Source of the DNA: an uncultured Pseudomonadales bacterium
GTDB lineage: Bacteria; Patescibacteriota; Microgenomatia; UBA1400; Chazhemtobacteraceae
Length of the DNA: 64,000 nucleotides
Direction: 5' to 3'
Assembly (NCBI GenBank): GCA_964618725.1
Contig: CAZUBK010000003.1
Span: forward strand, 81,018-145,017
Of the stretch, positions 1-10,388 are shown in pieces; the stretch's first letter is position 1, and each line of letters starts with the position of its first letter. A model generated the notes under the pieces. It did not search any database, was not told the DNA's origin, and saw only the letters and a program-made list of their open reading frames with translations. The translations under genes and the position numbers were made by a program.

Positions 1-351
1 ACTTTCCGGAGTTGCTGCTGGAGGCACCGGTGACGCTGGTGGCGCTGTCGGTCCCGGTCTCGGCCCAAATGGCGTCGCCCATCTTCCACCCGCTATCCCT
101 CCATCCATCCATCCTGGCTGTGACCGTCTGCTCTCCCAGTGATTTCTCAACCACTCTTCTTCATCTAAGACTCTGGCCGTCATTTCCTCTTCTGCCCATT
201 CTGCCGCCGTCGCTCGACTCTTGATATATGCTGGCAAGATTATTCCCGCTCCCACCAATCCTGCTATCTTAAGAAAATCCCGCCGACTTGGGGGCTTTTT
301 CTCCACTTCACTACTTCCTCCCTCAATCTCCTCCTTCTGTTCTATCGTCAT
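1..351 (-). CDS. Partial CDS whose 3' end lies beyond the window start. The N-terminus carries a twin-arginine (Tat) signal-like motif, followed by a Glu-rich segment and a Pro-rich linker.
   Basis: I translated the minus strand by hand from the ATG at 351. It reads MTIEQKEEIEGGSSEVEKKPPSRRDFLKIAGLVGAGIILPAYIKS... with no stop codon through to position 1. The S-R-R-x-F-L-K stretch followed by a hydrophobic run matches the canonical Tat consensus. This ORF is absent from the supplied track, probably because it has no stop inside the window. Confidence 0.4.
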   Translation of the reverse strand, partial: MTIEQKEEIEGGSSEVEKKPPSRRDFLKIAGLVGAGIILPAYIKSRATAAEWAEEEMTARVLDEEEWLRNHWESRRSQPGWMDGGIAGGRWATPFGPRPGPTAPPASPVPPAATPES

Positions 352-498
352 CTTTTAAGGGTAGAAACATAGAACAATATTGCAACTATTTCTCCCTAAT
401 CTAGCCATTCCGTGCCTGTGACCAATTTGTTAAATTGTTAAAATTAAATTTCGGGCATTTTTTCATCCCTCCACCCAAGCAAGTTACAATAGCGTTGC

Positions 499-1767
499 AT
501 GACTCGTAAAACGTTTTTTCTTTTTTCCATCATCACCTCCTTCATTTTCTCCCTCTCTCTTCTCACCTACTCTTCTTTCCGTTCATCCAAACCTCTACTT
601 TCTCCCCTAAGTAGTCTTCTCGCCCCCGCCAACTCTCTCAACAATCCTCACTTGACTTCTCAAAAAGCCGTCTATGGTTTTCTCCCTTATTGGAATCTCA
701 AGGAGGTCAATAATCTCCATTACCCCCTAATCACTCACCTCGCTTATTTTGGTGTCGATTATGACACTAATGGTCGTATCCTTACTCGCCTTGAAGATAG
801 GACCGCCGAACCAGGCTTCCGCCGTCTCAATAGTGAATCCGTTAGTCACGTTCTTCGCCTCTCAAAGGCTTCGGGCAACAAAACCATCTTGGTTCTTCGT
901 GCTATGACCAACGAAATCATCGAAAACATCGTCAACGCCCCCGCCAAGCGTCAAACTGCCATTCAACAAACCCTTGACCTCGCCGTTTCCAAAAACTTCG
1001 ATGGTTTGAACATCGATTTTGAATACGTCGGCACCCCCTCGACTCAAACAAAAAATAATTTCTCCACCTTCGTCAAAGATCTAAGTATTAGCTGTAAACA
1101 AAAGATCAAAGGCTGTATTGTCTCCATCGATGTCTACGCAGACTCCGCCAGAGATAGCCTCTCAACTGGTAGATCTGATCGCATCTGGAATTACGCCAGT
1201 CTCAATCCATACCTTGATCACATCATCATCATGGCCTATGACTTCTTTCGACCATCTTCCACCCAGGCCGGCCCGGTTGCCCCTCTCCGCGGCTCCTGTA
1301 CCAAAAACAGTGCCAATCAGAGCAATTGTCTAGACTATGACATCTCTCAAAGTGTTACCGACTTCAGCCGCATTCTTCCCGCCAACAAAATCATTCTCGG
1401 CGTCCCTTTCTATGGATACCAATGGCAAACCGCTGGTAGCAGTTTCCTTGCCAATACATACGAAGATACTGGTCGACTTGCTAGTTACAAACGTATCCAA
1501 GAGATATTAAACAATCGCTCTAAAGTCCTAGGCATTCAATCATTGTGGGACAACCACACCCTGACTCCTAGAATAGTTCTAGAAAACAAAGGGATCACTG
1601 AACAGATCTACTACGACGACAACCGCTCATTGAGTCTTAAGTATGATCTTGTCAATCAATCCGGTCTTGGCGGTATTGCCATCTGGGCCCTAGGTTACGA
1701 AGGAGATGCCAAAAGTCCCTGGCAACTTATTCAGGCCAAGTTCTTCAATAGTACTCTTACCAAGTAA
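499..1767 (+). CDS. Glycoside hydrolase family 18 (chitinase-like or peptidoglycan-hydrolase-like) protein with an N-terminal membrane anchor.
   Basis: The GH18 catalytic motif is present as DGLNIDFEY (DxxDxDxE). The sequence also contains YGYQW and GIAIWALGYEGD. The N-terminus has a hydrophobic segment. Confidence 0.8.
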   Translation: MTRKTFFLFSIITSFIFSLSLLTYSSFRSSKPLLSPLSSLLAPANSLNNPHLTSQKAVYGFLPYWNLKEVNNLHYPLITHLAYFGVDYDTNGRILTRLEDRTAEPGFRRLNSESVSHVLRLSKASGNKTILVLRAMTNEIIENIVNAPAKRQTAIQQTLDLAVSKNFDGLNIDFEYVGTPSTQTKNNFSTFVKDLSISCKQKIKGCIVSIDVYADSARDSLSTGRSDRIWNYASLNPYLDHIIIMAYDFFRPSSTQAGPVAPLRGSCTKNSANQSNCLDYDISQSVTDFSRILPANKIILGVPFYGYQWQTAGSSFLANTYEDTGRLASYKRIQEILNNRSKVLGIQSLWDNHTLTPRIVLENKGITEQIYYDDNRSLSLKYDLVNQSGLGGIAIWALGYEGDAKSPWQLIQAKFFNSTLTK

Positions 1768-1794
1768 GTCAACCACTGTTAAAATTGACCTAAG

Positions 1795-4212
1795 ATGACG
1801 GCCAATGGACAGAGGCTTAAAAATTCCAGTTTAGTGGGTATTTCAACCCACAAAAAAACTTTTCAGAGCTTCATCCTGCATCTCCTAAAAAACACTTATT
1901 ATACAAAATCGCGCTCCACCAACAATAAGAAGACAAACAGAGTAATATCATTTGTCATTTCAATCGGCCGTCCCCTTTACCTTCTTGTCTTTAGTTCTCT
2001 CTTTATCATCACCTTTTTTTCCTCTTTTCTTTCTCGTCTCACCGAATATAAAATAATTCTTCCTCGTCCTCACTTCAGATTTAAGATTCCTCTACACTTC
2101 GGCTTTTTGATCTCTCTTCTTTGCCTCTTCTATCTTGGTTTTACCTTTTACTCTATTTTCCTTAAAGACCTACCTTCACCCAAAGTCCTCAAGGACCGAC
2201 AACCCAAACTTACCACCCAGATCTACGATCGTCATGGCAGTCTTCTGTATGAGCTCTATCAAGACGAAAATCGTACTCTCGTTAATCTAAATGACGTCCC
2301 TATTTTTGTTCGCCAAGCTACAATTGCCATCGAAGACAAAAGCTTTTACCAGCATCAAGGTCTCTCACTCTCCGGTATTGCCAGGGCCTTTAAACGCAAT
2401 CTCACCACCAAACATCTGGAAGGAGGTTCCACTATTACCCAACAACTTATAAAAAACACCCTTCTCACCAAAGAAAGAACCCTCATTAGAAAGGTCAAAG
2501 AGATCATCCTCGCCATCCACACCGAGCTGATCTTTGACAAAGATACCATTCTCTCTATGTATCTTAATCAAGTCCCTTACGGCGGCACTGCCTATGGCAT
2601 CCAAGCCGCCAGCCAGCAGTATTTCGGCAAAGACGTTCAGGATCTTACTCTTGCAGAAGCTGCTCTTCTTGCTGGTCTTCCCCAAGCTCCTACCCGATAT
2701 TCTCCCTATGGCATTAATCCACAACTCGCAATACAACGCCAACGCCAAGTCCTCGATCGCATGCTAGAGGACGGCTACATTTCAACATCAGAATACTCGA
2801 ATGCCCTTAACGAAACTCTCTCTTTCTCCCCTCCAGCAACCAATATCCTCGCTCCCCACTTCATCATGTATGTCAAGGATCTTCTTGTGAGACAGTTTGG
2901 TGAAACTCTTGTCAGTCAAGGGGGCCTTAAAGTCTATACCACGCTCGATCTCGATCTCCAAAAACAAGTTCAGACCATTGTTACAAACGAGGTCGACAAA
3001 CTTACCAATCTTCAAGTCAGCAACGGTGCCGCCCTGGTCCTCACCCCCAAAACTGGCGAAATCTTAAGTATGGTTGGTTCTCGTGACTATTTTGATCTCA
3101 AAAATGATGGCCAAGTCAATCTCACTCTTAGTCTTCGCCAACCCGGCTCCTCCGTCAAACCAATAAATTACGCTCTCGCCTTTGAAAAAGGTGTTTCCCC
3201 TTCTACTTTCATTAGTGATACTCCGATTACTTTCCATCTCGCCGGTTCTGATTCCTGGTCGCCCCAAAACTACGATGGCCGCTTCCACGGCAACGTCTCA
3301 CTACGAAACGCCCTGGCTAACTCCTACAATGTCCCTGCCGTCAAACTTCTCGCCAGCAATGGTATTTCTCAAATGGCCCAGCTGGGGACCAATCTCGGCT
3401 TGACCACCTGGAATGATCCGTCTCGTTTCGGTCTCTCTTTAACCCTTGGCGCCGTCGAAGTCAAAATGATCGATCTGGCCAAAGTCTATGCCTCTTTTGC
3501 CAATCTCGGCCTTACTACTACCCTTAGTCCTATTCTGTCTATCACCGACTATCAAGACAACTTACTTGCCTTTGATCCTTGTTTCACTCCTAGTGAAACA
3601 GGTGGAACAATTACCAAAGCCGCCGCCTCTACCTCTTGCCTACCTTATCGTGCCCTCTCTCCCCAAACTGCCTACATCATCAACGATATCCTCTCTGACC
3701 CCATCGCCCGCTCCAGCGCCTTTGGTCGTAACTCGATTCTCAATATTCCCCCTCATCAAGTCGCCGTTAAAACCGGTACGAGTAATAATCTTCGCGATAA
3801 CTGGACCTTTGGCTATACCAGCGACTTCGTTGTCGCCACCTGGGTAGGAAACAACGACAACTCCCCCATGCATCAAGTCGCCTCGGGTATTACTGGCGCC
3901 TCTCCAATCTGGGCAAAAATCATGGGCACCCTTCTCCGAAATACCACCTCTCACACTTTCCCCCTTCCCGATTCGCTTGTCAAAATCAACATCTGTACTC
4001 TTACCAATACCCTCCCTTGTACTACCTGTCCATCTGTCCGCCCCGAAGTCTTTCCCAAAGGTCAAGAACCAAAAATCCATTGCACTGATGATCAAATTAA
4101 GAAAATCATCGAAGAAAAACTCAAACAAGAGATTGAAAAAGGCTCGACTCTCACTCAGCAAACGATTACCCCCAACCCACAGATTCTGGATGGTGCAACT
4201 ACGAGTAGGTAG
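1795..4212 (+). CDS. Class A penicillin-binding protein (PBP1A-type) with transglycosylase and transpeptidase domains.
   Basis: GT51 motifs IEDKSFYQHQG and GGSTITQQL are present. The transpeptidase motifs are SSVKP (SxxK), SNN and KTGT. An N-terminal TM segment is present. The true start may be an internal Met. Confidence 0.9.
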   Translation: MTANGQRLKNSSLVGISTHKKTFQSFILHLLKNTYYTKSRSTNNKKTNRVISFVISIGRPLYLLVFSSLFIITFFSSFLSRLTEYKIILPRPHFRFKIPLHFGFLISLLCLFYLGFTFYSIFLKDLPSPKVLKDRQPKLTTQIYDRHGSLLYELYQDENRTLVNLNDVPIFVRQATIAIEDKSFYQHQGLSLSGIARAFKRNLTTKHLEGGSTITQQLIKNTLLTKERTLIRKVKEIILAIHTELIFDKDTILSMYLNQVPYGGTAYGIQAASQQYFGKDVQDLTLAEAALLAGLPQAPTRYSPYGINPQLAIQRQRQVLDRMLEDGYISTSEYSNALNETLSFSPPATNILAPHFIMYVKDLLVRQFGETLVSQGGLKVYTTLDLDLQKQVQTIVTNEVDKLTNLQVSNGAALVLTPKTGEILSMVGSRDYFDLKNDGQVNLTLSLRQPGSSVKPINYALAFEKGVSPSTFISDTPITFHLAGSDSWSPQNYDGRFHGNVSLRNALANSYNVPAVKLLASNGISQMAQLGTNLGLTTWNDPSRFGLSLTLGAVEVKMIDLAKVYASFANLGLTTTLSPILSITDYQDNLLAFDPCFTPSETGGTITKAAASTSCLPYRALSPQTAYIINDILSDPIARSSAFGRNSILNIPPHQVAVKTGTSNNLRDNWTFGYTSDFVVATWVGNNDNSPMHQVASGITGASPIWAKIMGTLLRNTTSHTFPLPDSLVKINICTLTNTLPCTTCPSVRPEVFPKGQEPKIHCTDDQIKKIIEEKLKQEIEKGSTLTQQTITPNPQILDGATTSR

Positions 4213-4215
4213 GAT

Positions 4216-7200
4216 CTAGTCAATATAGACCGGGTAGCCCATCCTTGACAATTTCTCTTTTACTTCCCATTCATCCACGACTTGCCTACCTACCCCCAAA
4301 ATATCTGCTTGATACAGTAACAACAGTCCCAAAAATAGCTGTTCATCCGTAAATGCATCTTCCAATTGCTTTATCTTCTTTTTTGCCTGACTACCTACTC
4401 TTACTCCTTCACCTTCAATCACCACATTCTTCAGTATTTCCCCAAACAACTCGTCATACTTAATCAACAAAAGTACTCGTCTTCTATCCTCGAGATTAAG
4501 ATCTTCAACTCGATCAAGGACCCGCGCTGCCTCTTGTACATTAGCCAGCTCCTGTAATCCAAGACCCTTTCCAACATCATGAAGCTTCCCGGCAGCCAAG
4601 ACAATCCTTGCAGTATCCTCATCAATTCCCATCTTTTCTACCATTGTCTCAATATGCCCAACTACAATATCCATATGCTCTGCCAACGTCTGAATGCCAC
4701 TTGAGTTCATTGTCTGCCTTACTCGATCATCAAAAGGCTTATCTGTTTGTATGAGTTCTTCTAAATTTGCAATCGTTTTGAAATTCCTATATGCCTCTTT
4801 ATATTCTTCAGGTGTGACCAACAACTCACTATCAACCGACAACACTGGTACATATATCCCTGCTGTCACCATTGATTCTTTATATTCCGATACCAAAGCC
4901 AAAAACTCTGCTTCCTCTTTGAATCCTGTCTTGTCAATCACAATGATCCGAAGACCTATCGAAGCTACACCTCCAAATACTAATTTATGCCCAAGATGGC
5001 GAGAGTCACCCCCTACATCAATCGCCCGTTCTCCCACCTCTTTACCGTATACCAGCATCGCCCCCGAAAAAGTCTTGTATCTGCCATTTGAATTAAATAC
5101 ACTGGCCACTCCCAGATCACCCCATCGTTCATCCAGTAGCTGTAAATCACAGTAGCCCGGGTAATTGTCTGATCGTGCATTAATTGTCCCCAGGCACTCT
5201 CCCGCCAGGTTTGCTGTTTTGATTACTGCCGGCACCACCCCATATCCAGTTGTATGAATTAAGACACCTTTTTCTAAATTGTAGTCAGCCCCTTCACGCC
5301 TCAGGGCTTCCGCTATCTCCATATTTCTCCGGGAAGCAGCCTCTTTCATTTTTCTATCTACCTTCCACACTCTTTCCAAGGCTTGCTCCATCTCTAGTTT
5401 TACTCTCTCCGCCAAGTCCTCTGTTAATTCCCTTCTCTCCCCCTCCCAAAAAATCTTATTTTCTTTCTTCAACACCTGATTCAACGCCATATCAGTTAGT
5501 CTTTCCCACTCGGGCTTGCTCCCACTTAGATATGAAGCATTTCGAACAATCATTTCAATCGTCACTTGCAAATCATCTGTCTGCAAAATTTCAAGTAGGT
5601 TCACCTCCGAAGATACCAGACTATCTCTTAATGCCGCAAAGAAGGGTTCTCTAAAACGTCCAAGTAGTAGCAACTTATTTCCAAGAACACCGGTCTGTAA
5701 TAGACCATCTACTGTTATCTCTAACCGACTTCCTCCCCTCTTTTTGTTTACAAACTCACTCGTCTCAATTATTAATTTTACTGTTTGTTCAGTTGTCATA
5801 CCTGTTCTCATCGAATTCCATCTAATCAATAAGTATCGCTTCGCCCACTTTTCTGCCACAAACCGCTCCTCATCACTCATTTTCTTTCCTTCGAATAGTT
5901 TGTTTATTGCCACCTCCGTTTCCCTTTTCTTATCTCCGATCAACCTTTGCAAGTCAATCATCATTCGATCTGGATTGCTTTCAATTTTTCTCCATAATAG
6001 CTCTAGTTCCTCTATCTCATTGTCCTTCAATTCTTCTCCTAGAAATAACCCCCTGTATTCAAAAATTGTCCCTCTAACTATTCCCGGAACCAACTTATCT
6101 GCCGCTACAAAAAAATCTAACCTTTCCAAGACCCGCCGGTCATCCATCAGGTTCTCTCCATTCGCCGCCATTTTTCTGAACTCATCAGAACCGACTCTGC
6201 GCCATATTTCAATCACCACCCGCAATCGCTCTACATTATAAAGATAATCACCCAGATTAAATCTCATCAAAGTCTGAAACTCGTCATAACTCTGAAATGC
6301 CCCCAAATGTTCATCTTTTTCTCTTATTTCCTTAAACAACTTTACCTTCTCTCTGTTCCCTCCTAAGTCCAGCTCAAATAAACAAGTTAACAAGACGTCA
6401 CCATTCGCCGCCATAACTATACTCAGCTGATTCTCTGGATTAATCATTCGGGCAAACTCCTTCAGACCCATTTCCCCGTCTTCAAATAGACTAACTTCAT
6501 TCACTAGATTATGTGAAACAACCATTTCTACCAACCGATTTGCCATCTCTACATCTCCCAACATTCCAATTCCCCTGGCAAGATTTCTAATCTCACCTAA
6601 ATAGTAGCCATTTTCCACTACCTCTTTGCCTGTTTCCAAATTATGACCCAACCTCTGAAGTTCTCTCCCAAACAAACCAATCAAAACTTCCCTTCGCTCT
6701 GTATCTAATCCCAAGTCAAACAACCGACTTGCCATGGATACCGAATAGTACCCCGGTTCAAGTCGCAAAACGCTATTAAGCAAAATAGCTTTCTCTACCT
6801 TATTCATTGCCTCAATGTCTAGATTTTCCAGTATCTCAAGCTGACCATCTCCAGTGACCCACGACATTACCACCTCTGCCGCTAATACCTGCAAACTCTC
6901 CTCCCTAATCCATTCATGTTTCTTACCCAAGTCATCTAAATATTTATCCAGGTCTCCTGCCAAGTCATATCCCATTCCCAGTTCGGAACCATATTGCTCA
7001 ACATACTTGTCTCTCCCCTCACTCACTATTTCTTCTATATCATCCGCCAATCTGGTACCCACCATTTCTCTTGTCATCTCAAAAGTGACCCTCTCCATTA
7101 CTTCACCCAACCTCAGTACCTTACTGTATTTGTAATGCAACAGCTTCACAGTCCTTTCCTCAATTGTTAGCCCCTCTAACTCTTGATCAAGTTTCCTCTG

Positions 7201-8211
7201 TAACAAAACCACTACCACATCTTGATTTCGACCCAGGAATTCTAGTAAGTGTTGTTTTCCTTCCAGACCACTCACCAATTCATCTAACGAAGTACCATCT
7301 ATATTTTGATACAGTATTTCCTTTATCACCTCCTCTTTGTTATCCATCATTGCCAGAAGCTTAAGTCCTCCAATTCCACCTCCGGCCAACAATGGTAATA
7401 CATCTTCCTGTTCAAGGATTCCTCGTTCAATTCCTTGGTACACCTCATCTGGCTCTACCTTAACCATTATCAACAACCATTCCTTTCCCACTTTTCCCTG
7501 ATCAATCAAGTCCATCACCCTTCCTGGATTAACTTTGATCAAAGCTGCTACCGCCGCTTGCTTCACTTGACTATTTTCTAACCAATCCTCCAAGTTCTCA
7601 GTTAATTTTTCTTTGATTTCCTCTATCTCAACTTCTCTACCCCCAAATTCCTTGTTTATCCATTTCGCTCTTGGTTGCCATTCCACATTTTCTCGAGTTT
7701 GTAGCTCCTCCACCACTAACCTCAACCGCATGTTCATAGCATTCAAAAACCGTTTCTGTTCCCACTCACTCATTTTTTCATAACTCGACGAGAATGCCTC
7801 TTGGGAATTATCGGCTCTCATTATCCCACGTGCCCTATCCCGCTGTTCATATTGATATTGATAGTTATCTTGTTTGTAATAGGGAACTCTTTCTTTTATC
7901 AGTCTCTCTATGTCACCACCACCACTTCTAAATATCGCCATCATTCTGACCGTTTCTTCTATTTTTGGATCATTCGGATCAACTTCAACCTTCTGTATTA
8001 GCAGCCTTGCTTCCTGACGTGTAATTCCTCCCATCCCAGATGTAGCAAATATCTCCTCATATCGACCCTGCTCAATCAACTCCTCCACACCGTCTCTCAC
8101 TCCTTCCCTATGCTGCGCACTAAATCTCAACTCTTCCCAATCCATTATCAATTCTTCCAATTCCCTTCCCTCTATTTCGATATGTGTCACACCCACCATT
8201 TCATCTGCCAT
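4216..8211 (-). CDS. Large (1331 aa) acidic, mostly alpha-helical protein with a C-terminal HD phosphohydrolase domain. Its function is unknown.
   Basis: This is a long uninterrupted ORF. An HD motif sits near the C-terminus (HMDIVVGHIETM ... AAGKLHDVGK). I could not recognise the rest of the protein. Confidence 0.6.
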   Translation of the reverse strand: MADEMVGVTHIEIEGRELEELIMDWEELRFSAQHREGVRDGVEELIEQGRYEEIFATSGMGGITRQEARLLIQKVEVDPNDPKIEETVRMMAIFRSGGGDIERLIKERVPYYKQDNYQYQYEQRDRARGIMRADNSQEAFSSSYEKMSEWEQKRFLNAMNMRLRLVVEELQTRENVEWQPRAKWINKEFGGREVEIEEIKEKLTENLEDWLENSQVKQAAVAALIKVNPGRVMDLIDQGKVGKEWLLIMVKVEPDEVYQGIERGILEQEDVLPLLAGGGIGGLKLLAMMDNKEEVIKEILYQNIDGTSLDELVSGLEGKQHLLEFLGRNQDVVVVLLQRKLDQELEGLTIEERTVKLLHYKYSKVLRLGEVMERVTFEMTREMVGTRLADDIEEIVSEGRDKYVEQYGSELGMGYDLAGDLDKYLDDLGKKHEWIREESLQVLAAEVVMSWVTGDGQLEILENLDIEAMNKVEKAILLNSVLRLEPGYYSVSMASRLFDLGLDTERREVLIGLFGRELQRLGHNLETGKEVVENGYYLGEIRNLARGIGMLGDVEMANRLVEMVVSHNLVNEVSLFEDGEMGLKEFARMINPENQLSIVMAANGDVLLTCLFELDLGGNREKVKLFKEIREKDEHLGAFQSYDEFQTLMRFNLGDYLYNVERLRVVIEIWRRVGSDEFRKMAANGENLMDDRRVLERLDFFVAADKLVPGIVRGTIFEYRGLFLGEELKDNEIEELELLWRKIESNPDRMMIDLQRLIGDKKRETEVAINKLFEGKKMSDEERFVAEKWAKRYLLIRWNSMRTGMTTEQTVKLIIETSEFVNKKRGGSRLEITVDGLLQTGVLGNKLLLLGRFREPFFAALRDSLVSSEVNLLEILQTDDLQVTIEMIVRNASYLSGSKPEWERLTDMALNQVLKKENKIFWEGERRELTEDLAERVKLEMEQALERVWKVDRKMKEAASRRNMEIAEALRREGADYNLEKGVLIHTTGYGVVPAVIKTANLAGECLGTINARSDNYPGYCDLQLLDERWGDLGVASVFNSNGRYKTFSGAMLVYGKEVGERAIDVGGDSRHLGHKLVFGGVASIGLRIIVIDKTGFKEEAEFLALVSEYKESMVTAGIYVPVLSVDSELLVTPEEYKEAYRNFKTIANLEELIQTDKPFDDRVRQTMNSSGIQTLAEHMDIVVGHIETMVEKMGIDEDTARIVLAAGKLHDVGKGLGLQELANVQEAARVLDRVEDLNLEDRRRVLLLIKYDELFGEILKNVVIEGEGVRVGSQAKKKIKQLEDAFTDEQLFLGLLLLYQADILGVGRQVVDEWEVKEKLSRMGYPVYID

Positions 8212-8214
8212 GTT

Positions 8215-8490
8215 TTATTTTTCATATTCATATTCTGCCGGTCCAAACAAAGAGCTTCCTCCTTTACTTGAATTAACTTTATTTTCTTCCCGCGGTACAC
8301 CTATCCCGTTCTTCATCGAAAAAACAAGGCTCACAATCACACTCACTATCAAAATCAACACTACCCATACTTTACTTCTCGATTCTTTCTCTCTTATTTC
8401 CTTTTTCCCTATCCCCCTTTCTCCCTCTATTCCCTCCCCACCGAATTTTAACCTTCTTTCTTCTATCGTTTTTTCTCCATTTCTCTCCAT
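8215..8490 (-). CDS. Small hypothetical membrane-anchored protein, low confidence.
   Basis: The 91-aa ORF is on the same strand as its neighbours, between pfkB and the 1331-aa gene. It has one TM helix (VWVVLILIVSVIVSLVF) and ends 4 bp before the next start. Confidence 0.3.
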   Translation of the reverse strand: MERNGEKTIEERRLKFGGEGIEGERGIGKKEIREKESRSKVWVVLILIVSVIVSLVFSMKNGIGVPREENKVNSSKGGSSLFGPAEYEYEK

Positions 8491-8499
8491 AAACCCATT

Positions 8500-9486
8500 T
8501 TACCATCGCTCTTCCACCACCTCTACTTTTCTCTTTAACCACCTCTCCATTCCTGCCCACCTTAACAGTCCCTTCTTCGCTCCTAGCTTTGTCACCACAC
8601 TGGCGCCAGATACTACCCCCATCTTTAGTGCCGTTTCTATTTCCTCACCTCTCATCAATCCTGCCACCAACCCCGCCACAAATCCATCCCCCGCCCCCGT
8701 ATCATCAACTGACTCCACCTTCACCGCACTACATCTAAGCAATCTACCCTGCTCTATCCACATCACTCCTCTCCGCCCATCCGTCACTACCGCCTGTTTT
8801 ATTCCTAAACCCATCAATCCCTTCGCTATCTCCTCCTCCTCTTCATATTCATGAGAAAGTAATATCGCCGCTTCCATCCTATTCACAATCAATACCTCAA
8901 TCTTAGATAGTAGTCCCTTGATTCTCTCCCTCTCTATCAACTCACCTTTACCCGGATTCCAACTCAATTTGATTTTTTTCTTATTAGCAAAATTAATCAC
9001 ATCCTCTACTAAACTTAAGTTTCCCCCCATCCCTGAAAGATGAATCCAGTTAGCCACACCTACCTTTTCCCAATCAATTCTTCCCGACTCAATTTCCTTA
9101 CTTACCCCTCGATATGTCAAGATCGATCTCCCTCCATCCGCTGCTACTAAAACTACCGATGTCCCCGTCCTTCTCCTCTCCTCGACTTGCACTTGACTGC
9201 TTTCCACTTTCTCTAGCGATAACTCATTCATGATTTGTCTCCCAAATAGATCATCACCCACTTTACACACAGATGCAGAAACGATCCTAAGCCTACTCAA
9301 ACCAACCGAGACATTAGTCCCCGCTCCGCCTGTAGCGATCTCCATCTCATCCACTCCCATCTTCCCTCCATATACCTCACACATCGCCACTCCACCCTGG
9401 ACCTGATGACTCTTAAGCACTCTAAAGTCCTTGCTTTTCATCAATATATCTATCACTGCCGAACCAAAACAAACAACTCTCTGCAT
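8500..9486 (-). CDS. PfkB/ribokinase-family carbohydrate kinase.
   Basis: The PfkB signature TGAGDGFVAGLVAGL is present. The N-terminus has the Gly-rich VVCFGSAVIDIL motif. Confidence 0.85.
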   Translation of the reverse strand: MQRVVCFGSAVIDILMKSKDFRVLKSHQVQGGVAMCEVYGGKMGVDEMEIATGGAGTNVSVGLSRLRIVSASVCKVGDDLFGRQIMNELSLEKVESSQVQVEERRRTGTSVVLVAADGGRSILTYRGVSKEIESGRIDWEKVGVANWIHLSGMGGNLSLVEDVINFANKKKIKLSWNPGKGELIERERIKGLLSKIEVLIVNRMEAAILLSHEYEEEEEIAKGLMGLGIKQAVVTDGRRGVMWIEQGRLLRCSAVKVESVDDTGAGDGFVAGLVAGLMRGEEIETALKMGVVSGASVVTKLGAKKGLLRWAGMERWLKRKVEVVEERW

Positions 9487-9512
9487 TCCTCCATCTTAAC
9501 CCATACAACTTC

Positions 9513-10268
9513 CTAAGAAAAACCAAACACTATCTCTCCCAACTTCTTCGCTATTTCAAGCGGCTCCTTTGCTTGCCAGATATTCCTCCCTATGGCGATC
9601 CCTCTCGCCCCCGCTGCCACTATCTCCTCAACGTCTTTTTTTAGGCTTTCCCAATCCGTCCTTGCCCCCCCTTGCGCCAGCACCCCCGTCTTCCCCGCCG
9701 ACTTCACTACCCACTCGAAGCTCTCTTTATCTCCCGTATAGTAAGTCTTTACATAATCTGCATTCAGCTCCATCCCTAGCCTCGCCGCATATGCCACTGT
9801 CTCCCTATCTTTCTCTTTCCCCTCTACCTTCTTACCCCTCGGATACATCCAGGCGATCACCACTAATCCGGCCCTGTGAGCTTCATCTTCGATCAACGAA
9901 AACTCCTGCATCATCTTCGCCTCATGTTCACTTCCTACATAAATTGTGTAACCTACTCCCTTCGCCCCCAACTTTATCGCCTTTTGCACTGTACATAATT
10001 GCGGACTATATGGCTCTTCTCCACTTCGATATGCCGTTCTCCCATTCAGTTTCACTATCAATGGCACTTTATGCTCGGAAACATCATAATACTTAGCCGC
10101 CACTCCCTCCTGAAAAATTACTCCCGTAAAAGGTCCCTCCTCTGCCAACTTTACAATAAAGGCAGGATCAACATTTCTCTCATCAAACTCTACCGGTCCG
10201 TGCTCGAATCCTTGATCGTAAGCCAAAAGAAAAACCTTCCCCTCTCTTTCTATAACTAAATTTTCCAT
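9513..10268 (-). CDS. Class I fructose-bisphosphate aldolase of the archaeal type (DhnA/FbaB, DeoC/LacD superfamily).
   Basis: The sequence contains VPLIVKLNG and DYVKTYYTGD, which holds the Schiff-base lysine, plus VLAQGGARTD. The length is about 250 aa. Confidence 0.75.
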   Translation of the reverse strand: MENLVIEREGKVFLLAYDQGFEHGPVEFDERNVDPAFIVKLAEEGPFTGVIFQEGVAAKYYDVSEHKVPLIVKLNGRTAYRSGEEPYSPQLCTVQKAIKLGAKGVGYTIYVGSEHEAKMMQEFSLIEDEAHRAGLVVIAWMYPRGKKVEGKEKDRETVAYAARLGMELNADYVKTYYTGDKESFEWVVKSAGKTGVLAQGGARTDWESLKKDVEEIVAAGARGIAIGRNIWQAKEPLEIAKKLGEIVFGFS

Positions 10269-10388
10269 GACTCTACTCTATACCCAAATAACCTCAATTT
10301 ATACACTCATCTGCAAACATTCTTCTTGACTAACTCATAGCATCAATGTTAAAATATATAAGACTTTACAAACAGGAGGAAATGGTCA

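Noticed and set aside
12-224. Plus-strand 70-aa ORF at the window start.
   Set aside because: It lies antisense to a more convincing minus-strand ORF with a Tat signal. Its composition is typical of the shadow ORFs that this strand-biased sequence produces.
8210-8854. Plus-strand 214-aa ORF.
   Set aside because: It is entirely antisense to the PfkB kinase gene and the adjacent minus-strand small ORF. Its sequence is low-complexity and Ser/Pro/Thr-rich, which is typical of an antisense shadow.
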